Assembly: GCF_001194135.2 (NCBI RefSeq)
Contig: NC_069000.1
Coordinates: 29,846,214-29,910,213, forward strand
Direction of reading: 5' to 3'
Length of the DNA: 64,000 nucleotides
Source of the DNA: Octopus bimaculoides
Taxonomy: Eukaryota
Part shown: piece by piece, positions 1 to 12,054 of the stretch
Layout: every line of letters begins with the position of its first letter
Numbering within the stretch: position 1 is the first letter of the stretch
The notes under the pieces: model-generated
The model's database searches: none
The model's input: the letters and a program-made list of their open reading frames with translations, nothing else
What the model was told of the DNA's origin: nothing
Made by a program: the position numbers and the translations under genes

Positions 1-420
1 CCAGGGACTGGATGCCCTTCCCAACACCAACTACTCCAGAGAGTGTACTGGGTACTTTTAATGTGACACCAGCACTGATATCAATTTTGCTGTGGAGGCC
101 TTTAACAAATTTACCCATACTATCTATGTGATACATCATAGAACAGGTTGGCACTAGATCTGGGTTTGATTGATTTCCAATCAATATAGATCAGTCTAAA
201 GCATACCACAGTGTTGATATCACTTACTGGGTGCTATACAAAGCAGAACTGGCTTTGGTTTCATCTTCAGAGGCTGAATCCTTACACTGTCAATCTAAAG
301 CAAAAGATGTTTAAAGTTTATTTATATAAACTCTATCCAAAAACTCTTGACAGAAATCTAGATGTCAAGAATACAATGTTCAGGATAACACTTTTCCAAA
401 TTAATGTAAGGAATTTCCAT

Positions 421-900
421 CATCATCGTTTAACGTCCCCCTTCCATGCACCAGACTTCTATGTCTGTTTTGGCATGGTTTTATAGCTGGAAGCTCTTAA
501 AACCACCCACCCTGCAGAGTGGACTGAGTGCTTTTTGTGGCACCAGCACAGGCAAGGTCGATTTTGGCATGGTTTTTACAGCTGGATGCCCTTCCAAATG
601 CCAATCGCTTTACAGTGTAGACTGGATGCTTTTTATGTGGCACCAGCACTGACAGAGTCACCAAATAACTTCCAAGACAAAAAAAACCTTTGTGAGGGGA
701 GAGGGCATTGGAGGAGGTGATCTTGTGTCACATGATGAAAGGTTAGAGTGTGACAGAGAAACAGAAACAGGTGTCTTGCTGTAGAGGAGGTACATGGTTA
801 CCCAGCCAGAGAGAGAGGGAGAGAGAGATAAAAATGAGGACAGAGACAGGTGTACTACTGTAAAGGAGATACAGGGTTACCCAGCCAGAGAGATGAGCAA
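421..900 (-). mobile_element. Diverged LINE-tail/SINE fragment of the RTE-associated family
   Basis: catcatcgtttaacgtcc...ccatgc tail and gctggatgcccttcc core shared with other copies. Confidence 0.7.
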
Positions 901-1663
901 GAGAAGGAGAGAAAGTGATAAAAAATGAGTGCAGAAATAGGTGCTGAAAAAAAAAATTGAGATATATAGACCAGTCTTCTATATCTAGTTTTTTGTATTC
1001 TACTTTCTACTGTTCTGATTCATTGTTTTGTTTTACAATACATTTTACTTGAAATATAAAAATATTCCATACGATATTTTGTAGTGTTTAGTAAAATATC
1101 TATTTCACAGGATTTCCTGTTTTTTTTTTTTTTAGTAACAAGTATTTTTTTATATATTCCTATGGCAAAAAATATATTGTATTTTAGAGAATGCTCTATT
1201 CACATTTTCCTTTTATTAAAAAAATTGTAAAACATTCTTCTATTTCATGGAAATGTCTTTTGTTGTAATTTGCCAATAAATTTTTTATATATATTAATGA
1301 AACAATTGTAGATTAATGCAATTGTGTTATACAATTCATGACATTTGCTGTTTAGTTTTGTAAGAATATGAATCGTGTGACCTGGAAACAAATTGTCGTT
1401 AAAAATATGACTGCATTCTCAATGTCCTCATTTTGGTCAATATTGTTATTATCTAAAGAACAACCTTTCCCTTTGTGTACATATACTCGTGTATATAATT
1501 GTATTTACACATGCAAGTATTATTCTGAACAAAGTAAAGAGTACTCAATACAATTGTAGAGTACAAATATAATAAAGTGACTACTATGCTAATGCAAACA
1601 AATTTATGATATTTGAAATATTTCAAATACAAATTGTGTAAATTTAGCTGTAAAACAGAATAT

Positions 1664-1813
1664 GTAGGTGCTGGTGTGGCTGTGTGGTATGAAGTCTGCT
1701 TCCCAACCACATGGCACCTTGGGTAAGTGTCTTCTACTATAGCTTTGGGTCCCCCAAAGCCTTGTGAGTGGATTTGATACATGGAAACTGAAAGAACTTG
1801 TTGTATATGTGTG

Positions 1814-1844
<31 letters not shown>

Positions 1845-2022
1845 TTGTCTCCCCACACCCCATCAATTACAACTAGTGTTAGTCTGTTTATGTCCCTATA
1901 ACTTAGCAGTTCAGCAAAAGAAGCCGATAGAATAAGTACCATATAATGGGGTTGATTCATTTGACTAAAAGTTCTTTGAGGTTGTGTCCCAGCATGACTG
2001 TAGTCTAATGAATGAAGCAAAT
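1664..2022 (+). mobile_element. tRNA-derived SINE, family A
   Basis: Head ggtgtggctgtgtggta..cttcccaaccacatgg, core ggcaccttgggcaagtgtcttctactatagc, internal (TG)n, tail cccagcatg. Confidence 0.8.
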
Positions 2023-2074
2023 CAAGTATTTGATCTGAAAAAATTTTTCTTTTGTCTTTTTTTTGCTGTTTCAG

Positions 2075-2197
2075 CTTCCAGCTACAAGTGTTAGCTCAAG
2101 AGACACATCCCTTACAGATGTCCTTCCTCCTGGTGCAAGGAAACCATCACCTCCACCATCCTATGATGTGCTCTTTAAGGCCAAAGGTGGCAGCTAA
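2075..2197 (+). CDS. Probable terminal coding exon of a convergent gene: LPATSVSSRDTSLTDVLPPGARKPSPPPSYDVLFKAKGGS*
   Basis: Strong T-rich acceptor (...tttttttgctgtttcag), 40 open codons to TAA 2195-2197, PPxY motif; phase assumed 0; upstream exons not identified. Confidence 0.6.
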   Translation, partial: LPATSVSSRDTSLTDVLPPGARKPSPPPSYDVLFKAKGGS

Positions 2198-5100
2198 AAG
2201 TTGGTTAAAAAAAAAAAGAAAAGGAACTAAAAATAAATGAAGAGAGAGTTATGCTTTTTCAGGATGAAAACTGGACAATCTCTACATGGCCTTTGGTAGT
2301 GTGGTTAAATATTTTTCCTCCTAGATTTCTCATAACACTATATAATTCAATCTAGCCTACATTGCTTGGCTAAAAGTATGGAAGGGACAGGGTGACATTT
2401 GTCCTCTTTATTTTAATGAAAGTTTTTTTTAATACATATTTCAGTTTTTTTTTTTATTTGCAAAAATATAATTTTTCAGATGAGATTATTTAATGTGAAC
2501 CAACTGTGACAATGAGGAATTTGTACCTTCCAACATCATCAGAAGTGGTGTTAAAATCTTTGCAACGATCTATGCATAATATGCACATTAAAAACAAAAG
2601 TCTATATATATATATATACATACAATTTTTTTCTGGTGAAGGAACTTATCTGAACTATGGTAGGTTAAAGAAAAATGACCTGTATTCCTTGATCTTTGCT
2701 TTCTAACCTTCTTTTGTTTAGTCCTGTCTTTTTTTATTGTTCTGAGTTCAAATCTTACTGGGGTTGTCTCTGCCTTTCAGTCTTCCAAGGGTTGATAAAA
2801 TAAATACAAGTAATATGCCATGGTTCTTTTTTTTAAACCCTTTTAACGTTTAAACTGGACCAACATTTTCTGCCTGTTTTATGTTCAAACTGGTCTCTCA
2901 CACTTTCCTAACAATGTCATTCTAAAAATAAATAATCAAATCATTGAAATCTCAAAGCTATGGGGTAAATGAACATTACATCTGACAGATCTGAATGCTT
3001 AAGGGTTAATCAACTACCTCCACCACCTCTGACCCTTCAGCAGTCATATTACTCTGTCAGGCAAAATGCTTAACAGAATTTCATCTGTCCTGAGTTCAAA
3101 TTCTGCCAAGGTCAACTTTGCCGTTCACCCTTTCAAGGATGATAAAATAAGTACCATCTGAATACTGGGGTTGATGTAATTGACTGACATCCCCCACCCC
3201 TGAAATTACTGGCTTTGTGTCAAAATTTGAAATTATTTTGTAGGTTTGAGATTTTGATGATGTTATTGTTTATTTTTAGAATGACATTATAGGGTAGGTG
3301 TGAGAAACCAGATCTAGTTGGTTTGAACAAAGAGTGGGTAAAATGTTTGTGCCTGATATGGCTGGTTTAAATGTGAATATGCTTATGCCAGAAATCATTA
3401 CTATCATCACCACTTTCCTCCTTAGGGTTTAAATGTGAATATGATCTTGTGTCTAATGTTTGAAATTATAACAAAAGTTTTTTTTAAAGTGACATTAGAC
3501 AAAATACTTCACAGTATATGTTTGAGCTCAAATCCTGCTGAGGGCCAACATTATCTTCCATCTTTCTGCATCAATAAAATACATTATCATTAAAGTTCTG
3601 AAAGTGGGGCAATATAATCACCTCTAATCTCTATTTTCTGGCTTTGTACCTATGTCCAGTGTTGGAGATTATTAGCAAAATAAGTTGGGTGTAGGATAAA
3701 ATACTTGTTTAAATTGCATCCTTTGTAGGTTTTGAATTTGAATCTTGCCAAGGTAGGCTTTGTCTTTAGTCCTTCCTTGGGCTGATAAGCCAGTCAAGTA
3801 CTTGTGGATCAATCAAATCAATTAAAAATCATCTCATCAAATTAAGTCAGTGAACTGAGAGACTGGTTAGCATGCCAGGCAAAATGCTTAGTGGTATTTC
3901 ACCTGATTTCACATTCTGAGTTCAAAATCCACTGAAGTCAACTTTGCCTTTCATGCTTGATAAAATAAAGTTGAAGACTGCAGTTGATGTAATCAACTTA
4001 CTCCCATCTTGAATTTGCTTGCCTTGAGCCAAAATTTAGAATCATTATTAATACCAGAAATGAACTATTATCAGGAACATGAATATTATTATTGGATTGG
4101 CAAAATGAATCATTAGAGCCAGAGAGTATCTTTTGGAAGTTATAATCATTTACATTCTGAGTTCAAACTTTCAGAAACTCACCTTTCATCCTTCTAAGTA
4201 CCAGTCCACCAGTCCTGTCTGTCCACAACAAAACGTGACCTTGTGCTTATAATAGAACTCATTTTTCATCAACATTTTTATTGTCTTTAATATTTTTATT
4301 CATTAAACAATCAATGAAAAGTTGTATATAAATTAGATGAATACTTTCAGACAATCCACTCACAAACTTCAACATTTTATAAAACGTTTCTTTCAAGAAT
4401 TATCTCTTCAGACATATGGTGAATTATAGAAAAATAAACCCTCATGTTAAGGGTTACAATTAGACAATCTTTCAAACTGAGAAATCGAGGTCTTTATTAG
4501 AGATAACATTTGTTTGCTTTAATCCTCTGTTATTAAGTTTTTTTTTTTTAATCAAATTCTCAACACAATGTTTAAGAGATTTAATATCTTTGGTAACATT
4601 GGTGAGTGCTGTGAACTGTGCCTTTCATGGCACTAAGTAATTTGAAGTTGTTGGCTGTGACAGAAGAAAAGAAAACTAAGTACAGAGATGATTAGAGAGA
4701 TAGTTTGTGTGTCATACTACAGAGTATGTTAAGATAGTCCTTGGAGGTGGAGGGTTGGTGATGAAAATCAAAGGAGGAGTGTGTTTGGTGTAAAGGTTAG
4801 GAAGTGCATTGTGTTAACATTTGCAACAAACAGTGATGGAGGGAAGACATATATGCAGGTAATTTCAGGTAGGTTTCAACTAAGGGTGTGATATTTTTTC
4901 AATAGCACCAAATATGTATTTAAATAGGAGAGCAGGGGTGGTAGGCACTTCAAACTTCAAGAAAAAAAAAATTGCAAAAGTATTGTTGAGATGAAAATAC
5001 AAAGATGTGAGAAATTTCCAAACATGAACTTTACAAATATATTATTTACAAGTCATCTAACTTTAGCACCATTGCTGTGTCTTTGCTGAAAAACACATAT

Positions 5101-7771
5101 ACGCAGTTCTAGCACCACTGCTTGTTAGCTGTCAAAACACACATTCACTGTGAAGGTAGAAAAAAAAATAATAAAAATTTTTTAAAAATTTCTGATTGTG
5201 ACCCTATCTGGACAATCTTTCTGTTGTAATTTACAGGAATTCTATCTTATTAGTTGCAGAAACAGCTGCACTTGGTGAGAGTGATTAATATGTAAAATAA
5301 ATGTCTGAGAACACTAGAGCAACAGTCCACTCACTCCTTTCATGGTTTTTCTGACAGTCACCCATTAAAGTAGCTTACAACTCCAATGTCTAACACTTAT
5401 ATTTGCAACTATTTATTAACTCCTATGTCATCAGTGCTAGCATGGACCAGCTCAGTCCTCTCCTGCTACATTTAGCACATTTCTCTCTCTGATCATATAT
5501 ATATATATATATATATAGACAAAATATTAGGTGACATGTGACCCAAACATGGCACTTCCATATATGGTTTAGTCTGGTACACACTAATTATATATATCTC
5601 CATCCCACACTCAAAGCAGACAAATAATCAGTGAATACCTGGGTGTAAGATATCACAAATCAGACTAAAAAGCAAGGTGATGAACATTGTTTACTCTCCG
5701 TTCAGCTTCAATTGACGTGGTCAAAACAATTTTAATTCAAGTAATTTATCTAGGTCTTGATTATCAAATGTTTTCTTCCTATTATTTAGTTGTTTGAAGG
5801 AGACGACGTTGGCTGGTAAAGTGGCTATCTAAGACAATTAGTCAATTTTAAATGCAAAACATCTATTTATGTAATGCAAACACACAACCAGACGAGTATT
5901 AGGACAAAGGTTAGAAAATTATGTTAAAGGGACGCAACTGAAGAAATTATGAGCATCGATGGAAGACAACTCCAGTAAAAGGAGATTTATATTTTAAGGC
6001 AAATCAAGTTAACGGATAGTTACTTATTGTTTTCAATAAGGACGGCCTCTGAATTATTTAATATCTAAGCAATTCTATTTTTCTACACAATATTGAATTT
6101 TATTATACTTTGGTTAAGTACTGTGAAGGCTTACGAGGGAGAACCCTGGGTATATCGCAGGTATTGGCTTAATATATATATATATTTTTTCTTTTTCCTT
6201 AACGTAATTATTTCTAGTTAACATATGTAAATGTTAACTTTTATTTTTAATGCTAATATATATTAATTATGGGGATATCTTTTTCCTGTTAGATCACTTT
6301 ACAGTTTTTCATGCCAGTAAATTACACCAGGATTTTTAAATCACTGGCTGTGCAGCCTTCAGATCTGTAAAGGGGCCACATATCAGAAACAGTAACAATC
6401 CTTGGCTAACAGAAACAATAGTGAAAACTTGAAAGTCATTTGAGAGGGAGTGAGATTTAGTTTATGTTATGTTTATTAGCCCCAGGAAAGGATGCAGTGT
6501 TCATAGCCTTTGCAGGCCATGCCAGGGCTGGCTGGGTTGGCCGTTCAAAGAAGGACTAGTTGATGGATATAATGTTATGGTTTAATAGCTGAGACAAAAG
6601 TAAGGTGGCTGGGAAATATGTTTCCCAGGCAGTTCTATAATGGTTGCCAATTCAATGGGAGCAGGAACTGTTATAGTCAAAGAGAGGCCTAGCAGACTGT
6701 GTATTAGTTGGAGGAGGTGTTATGTTTTAGTTGGCCAGTTATTGTTTAACTCCAGACCCACACTGTACAGGCATCCCAGCCAAAAGCATCGTTTCTTTCT
6801 TTTCATTTTAATTTGACCAAATCTGTAAGATCTACATTATCCAGTATGATTTGGATAATTTGGCTGCAATAAATCAAATGACTGCCTCAGTTTCTTGATA
6901 AGCCAAGAGCTGGACACTGGGCTCATAACCTGTATTTTATGAATTTCTCAAAAAACCTTAATTAGAGATTCTAAATAAGCCAAACACTAATTCTTATTTA
7001 AAGTAGAGCTGGTGTATAATTGACTAAATCAAACACCATTGTGTCACTGGTATGTTAAATTGACTTCAAAGAGATGAAAAGTTGAAGTTGACCCTGGCAA
7101 GAAGTAATTTAGAAATTTAGCAAGTATGAAACTAAATATTGTGTGGTAATCTGACTTCACATAAATATATAGCAAAAATAGGAATTAAGTATTTAATGTG
7201 AATACATGTCAAAAATAAAATATATTTAATCTTGTTAACCTATAGAAAAAAAAAAAGCGAGGTGATGGTGACAAAGGCACAAGTCGTAGATACTCCCAGT
7301 TCACTCTCCAACAATGCAAGGACAAATGGGGCTGAGATAACAAATGTGAGGATGTGTTATATATGTGATTCATAGGGGAGGTGAGAGCAATGTGTTGTAT
7401 GAGAGGAAAAGAGAAGGAAATACATAAGAGAGAGAAAGTTGATGATGATGGATAACTGAGAAGAAAGAAATAAGAGATATATTCAGTAAAAATCAGCATC
7501 AATTTTAAGTGGAGAATGAATTCCAGCCAACTTCATGTGTTTTTTGCAGAGTAGGGGAGAGAATAAATAATGGTAAGGGTAAGATGGCTATAGGGTTTCA
7601 ATCTCAGGTACTGCTATCTCTGGTTTCAGTGATCTGTAGAAGAACTTCTCTGTCGATAAATAAGTGGTGATGGTGTCATTCCTCGGTAGTTGGGGGTCAA
7701 AGCAGTACGATTCCTCCTCAGAGACTCCTCATGGTGAAGTCTGGAATGAGAAATTTGGAAAAACTATTGTA

Positions 7772-9036
7772 TTAGGTTGTTCCAAAAATAATAGCTGATT
7801 TCAGAAACAATTTTATTCTAGAAAAATTAACAAAAGAAATGTTTTGATTAGTCAAAGTATGAGATGTGAACATCTATGCATCTCTACCATCAATCAACGG
7901 GATTATTTATGCCTTGTTGATAAAAACTTATTGGCTTTGATGCTAAGAAATCTTTGAAAGCTGATTCCACTTCTAGTTTGGACCTGAAAATTTTGTCATT
8001 TAAAAACGTGTTTAAATGCTTAAAAAAATGGTAGTCAGTGGGTGAAAGACCAGGAGAATATGGAGGATGTGGTAAAGTCTTGTATCCCAAGTCTGTGAGT
8101 TTCTGGAGCATCGTTCTTGCAACATGTGGCTTTGCATTATTGTGGAACAGAATTTGGCTATACCGATTTACCAATGTAGGTCACATTTTTTGCAAGTGAG
8201 CCTGCATTTCAGTGAGTTGATTGCAGTAAACCTCTGCTGTAATGCTCTGATTGGCTTCCAGAAAACTGTAATGGACAACACCAATTGCAGACCATGAAAC
8301 AGTCACCATAATGTTTTGCTGATGCAACTTTGGCTTTGGGAAATGTTTGGGGTCTCATCAATATCAAACGATTGACCTGATTGTTTATGGTTATCACAAA
8401 GGATCCACTTTTCGTCACAAGTGACTATTCGGTCAAGAAAAGGATCATTGGTGTTTCGCAAAAAAAGCATCAAGCAGACGTCAAAACGCCGAACTTTTTG
8501 ATTTTCATTGAGCTTATGCAGTATCCATTTATCAAGCTTTTTCACCTTACCAATCTTCTGCAGATTGCGTGAGACCGTTGCAATACCGACACCAAGTGCC
8601 TGACATTTCTCTGAGACTCTGACGTGGGTTTTATCCAATAATTGCTTTCAGTTGTTCATTGTCAAGATTGCAGGACCGTCCTCTAGCTTCATCTTCAAGG
8701 CTCTTATCACCCTTACGGAACTTCTGAAACCACTTTTGTACTGTGTGATCATTTGTGGACCCCTCTCCCCATGCTCTGTTGATATTGGCAGCAGTTTGGG
8801 AGGCACTGTGCCCAAGCTTGAGCTCATGCAAAAAAAAGTAAGCAAAGGGCCTTTTTGCCATGTTCATAATTAAGGGCGCCTATGCTTCAAGAATGTTTTC
8901 TTTCTGAATTAAGTAGAAAATTATTAAAGAGCATACATCAATTATTAAGTATGTCGAAATTCACCTAATTAAAATAATTAAAATACTATGATAAAATTGC
9001 GTTTCAAAACACAACATTATTTTCAGAACAACCTAG
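7772..9036 (-). mobile_element. Mariner (Tc1/mariner) DNA transposon, full length (~1265 bp), defective
   Basis: TIRs TTAGGTTGTTCCAAAAATAA / TTATTTTCAGAACAACCTAG flanked by TA; internal transposase remnants. Confidence 0.93.
7890..8867 (-). pseudogene. Mariner transposase pseudogene (frameshifts, stops)
   Basis: ORF pieces 8631-8867 (HTH), 8303-8638 (WILHKL, RIVTCDEKW), 7890-8174 (HNNAKPH, HPPYSPGLSPTDYHFF). The second catalytic Asp of HDNARPH is Asn and YSPDL is YSPGL. Confidence 0.9.
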
Positions 9037-10046
9037 TAATCACCTTATTTGATATTGAATGTTTTTGTTGAGCTCCAGGTCAACTTCGATTCAGTCTATT
9101 ATTTAAAAACATTCTGTCTGTGACTATTTTCTCTGTTGTTTCTGACAATATATCAGAGACTAACCTTGGGAAATATGTCCTTTCTTTTTTAAGATGGTAT
9201 GGTGTGATTTATGGGAGATCCTAGGTGTTATATCTAGCAAGGAAACCGACTGTATATGATTACCATTAATATTGTAGTCTCAGGTGAACTGGTTCAGTAT
9301 ACTTTTAATCAGACATTCCAACCATAACAGTCCAACTTTTTGTTATAAACTTAGTGTATCATATGGCTGCTATTTCTAGCAGTCTTTGTGTCAGTGGAGG
9401 AAATTATTATTTATCCTTTCACCATTCACATTATTCTGTCAAAAGCAATGCTTATTTAGTCACATTATTTTGAATTAACCACGTAAGGTAACTTAATTTT
9501 TGTAATGATATTGTAGGATTGGTATGAGAGGCCACATCTGGCCAGTTTGAATATATGACAAGTGGAATATTTTGGCCTGATATGGCCAGTTTAAATGTTA
9601 ATGGGTTAATAAGAATTTCTTTCTGCACAAGATACACATATTTTCTTGAAAAAGTTTTAGGGCTCTAAATAAACACTTTTATCATTACCCTTTTATATAT
9701 TTTATTTTTTAATCAACCCTGTTGAGATCTGAATGAATGATTTTAAGAACTAGAAACTATAAATCACAAGACATTTTGTCTGCTTGTTTACAATCTTACA
9801 ATTATCATTTTATGACTTGTCTAAGACAGTTTATACTCAAGCAGTCAGCAATCACCAGATCCTTGTCCTCCATTATATGTAGAAGTGACATGATGCTAAG
9901 ATACCTGTCCAATCTGTCAGACCAGAATTTTCTCTTTTGGGGCCCTTCTTTACTTTCCTTCAACTGTACCTTGGAAAATAATTTTCCATCAGGAGTTGTG
10001 GTAGGATACTTGTCCCTACTAGCAGAACTGGGTAGGCCCTTGGTGT

Positions 10047-10119
10047 TTAACTGTAGCAAGCACCAGTGTGCCAACCTAATTTTGATAACTTGCTGCCTGA
10101 CAAAGCTGTTAGTCTTGTA
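10047..10119 (-). CDS. STARD9: Tentative terminal exon: (S)[23 protein letters not shown]
   Basis: cttgtctacacacag acceptor in the required phase. A weaker acceptor in the 9805-10158 ORF frame would give a longer ending. Confidence 0.4.
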
Positions 10120-12019
10120 CTGTGTGTAGACAAGATGCATAACAGCCTTCTGAAGCATTTGTGCTTGAATACCAGTAAGTGTCCAGCTTTCACACCTCTA
10201 CAGAAAACTGAGGTCACTCCAGGGAGTTGTACATGAGCTTCACAAGGTAAAAAAAAAAATAAAATTAAATGATGGTATGGCTTTTCCATGACATTTTCTT
10301 CACTAATAAATCAAGGACAAAGCCAATATGCAGTCACTCAATCTACTAAAAATAACAGCCAAATTCCCCACATATTACTTCTTACCAAGTGGAAACACAT
10401 TGTATAGCTCCAGATACATTATAGAAAGCCTTGAAATGGCTTTGAGCCAGGGTGAAACAACAATTACTCTATAAGAATTTATTACAGAGACAAAAGATAA
10501 GACAGGTGAAAATAAGATTGTGCTATATTCAGGTTTTTAAAAGAGATCAAAAATACAAGTGAAGGGAAACTACTACAACCGGGACCTGAGCAAGTAAATT
10601 AAATTGTTTACTCACAACCACATCCATTCTGTATTGTAAATCACATTTGATTGTACATTTTTCTTACCTATTGGGTTTTTTTTTATAGAGAACTAGCAGA
10701 GGCACCCGGCGTTGCTCAGGAATGAAATTGTTGCTTATATACTTGAAGAAAAAAAGGCAAAATATGCTGTATAGAAATTTGAGGACATTCTGTAGATGGA
10801 CTCTCAGATGAATGGGGAAAATTGAAGATGTGCCAAAAAGCCTCATTGGTACTTGGAAACTTTTACGAAAATTAAAATGGGGATCGTTGCCAGTGCCCCT
10901 GGACTGGCTCTTGTGCGGGTGGCACATAAAATACACCATTTCGAGCGTGGCCGTTGCCAGTACCGCCTGACTGGCCTTCGTGCGGGTGACACGTAAAAGC
11001 ACCCACTACACTCTCTGAGTGGTTGGCGTTAGGAAGGGCATCCAGCTGTAGAAACTCTGCCAAATTAGATTGGNNNNNNNNNNNNNNNNNNNNNNNNNNN
11101 NNNNNNNNNNNNNNNNNNNNNNNNNNNNNNNNNNNNNNNNNNNNNNNNNNNNNNNNNNNNNNNNNNNNNNNNNNNNNNNNNNNNNNNNNNNNNNNNNNNN
11201 NNNNNNNNNNNNNNNNNNNNNNNNNNNNNNNNNNNNNNNNNNNNNNNNNNNNNNNNNNNNNNNNNNNNNNNNNNNNNNNNNNNNNNNNNATGTATGTGTG
11301 TGTTTGTAAGAGACAGAGTGTGAGTGAGAGAGAGGTTTGTTGTCATGTATACGTACATGCATAAATATACATACATCTTTGGATGTATGCATATGACAAC
11401 ACAGCCCTTGACTCACTCACACTCTGTCTCTTACAAACACGCACGCGCGCGCATACACACGTGTGTCTTTGTAAATATGTTTGTATACATTTATGTATGT
11501 GTGTGTTTGTAAGAGACAGAGTGTGAGTGAGTCAAGGTGTGTGTGTATGTGTGTGAGAGAGTGAGAGAGCGGTGTGTATGTAGTATTTACTCTCTCTCTC
11601 TCTCTCTCTCATACACACGAACACCCACATTCACACACAAAATAGAAAGTGAAGCTTTTTGCAGTTGTTACGTCAATACCGGAAGTTGACATTGAGGAAC
11701 CTTTTTAAAGAAGTGAATCTTAAATATAAAGCAATATTATTTATTTTTAATTAAAAAAATCAAATGAAGAGCCTAAGATTTATCCGAGGTCAAATTATTC
11801 ATGCATTACAAGTATGGAAGCATTTGGTGAAGTCGATTTCACGTGAAAAGCGATTACACACACATCTCTGTTTTATATATATATAGTATAGATCATTACT
11901 GCACTTTATAAACTGTGGATGATGAGTGTGTGTGTGTATGTAATGTGTGTGTGTGTATGTAATGTTTGTGTGTGTATGCAAGTATGTGTGATGAGTGGTG
12001 TGAATATGTAATAAGTGAT

Positions 12020-12054
<35 letters not shown>

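Noticed and set aside
5190-5275. GAAACAGCTGCA with upstream CTGATTG
   Set aside because: Lacks CUGANGA and an NUH triplet; no helix II.
9737-10158. Overlapping 130-aa (+) and 117-aa (-) ORFs
   Set aside because: No recognisable domain (not START-like). The minus ORF is kept only as an alternative ending of the kinesin.
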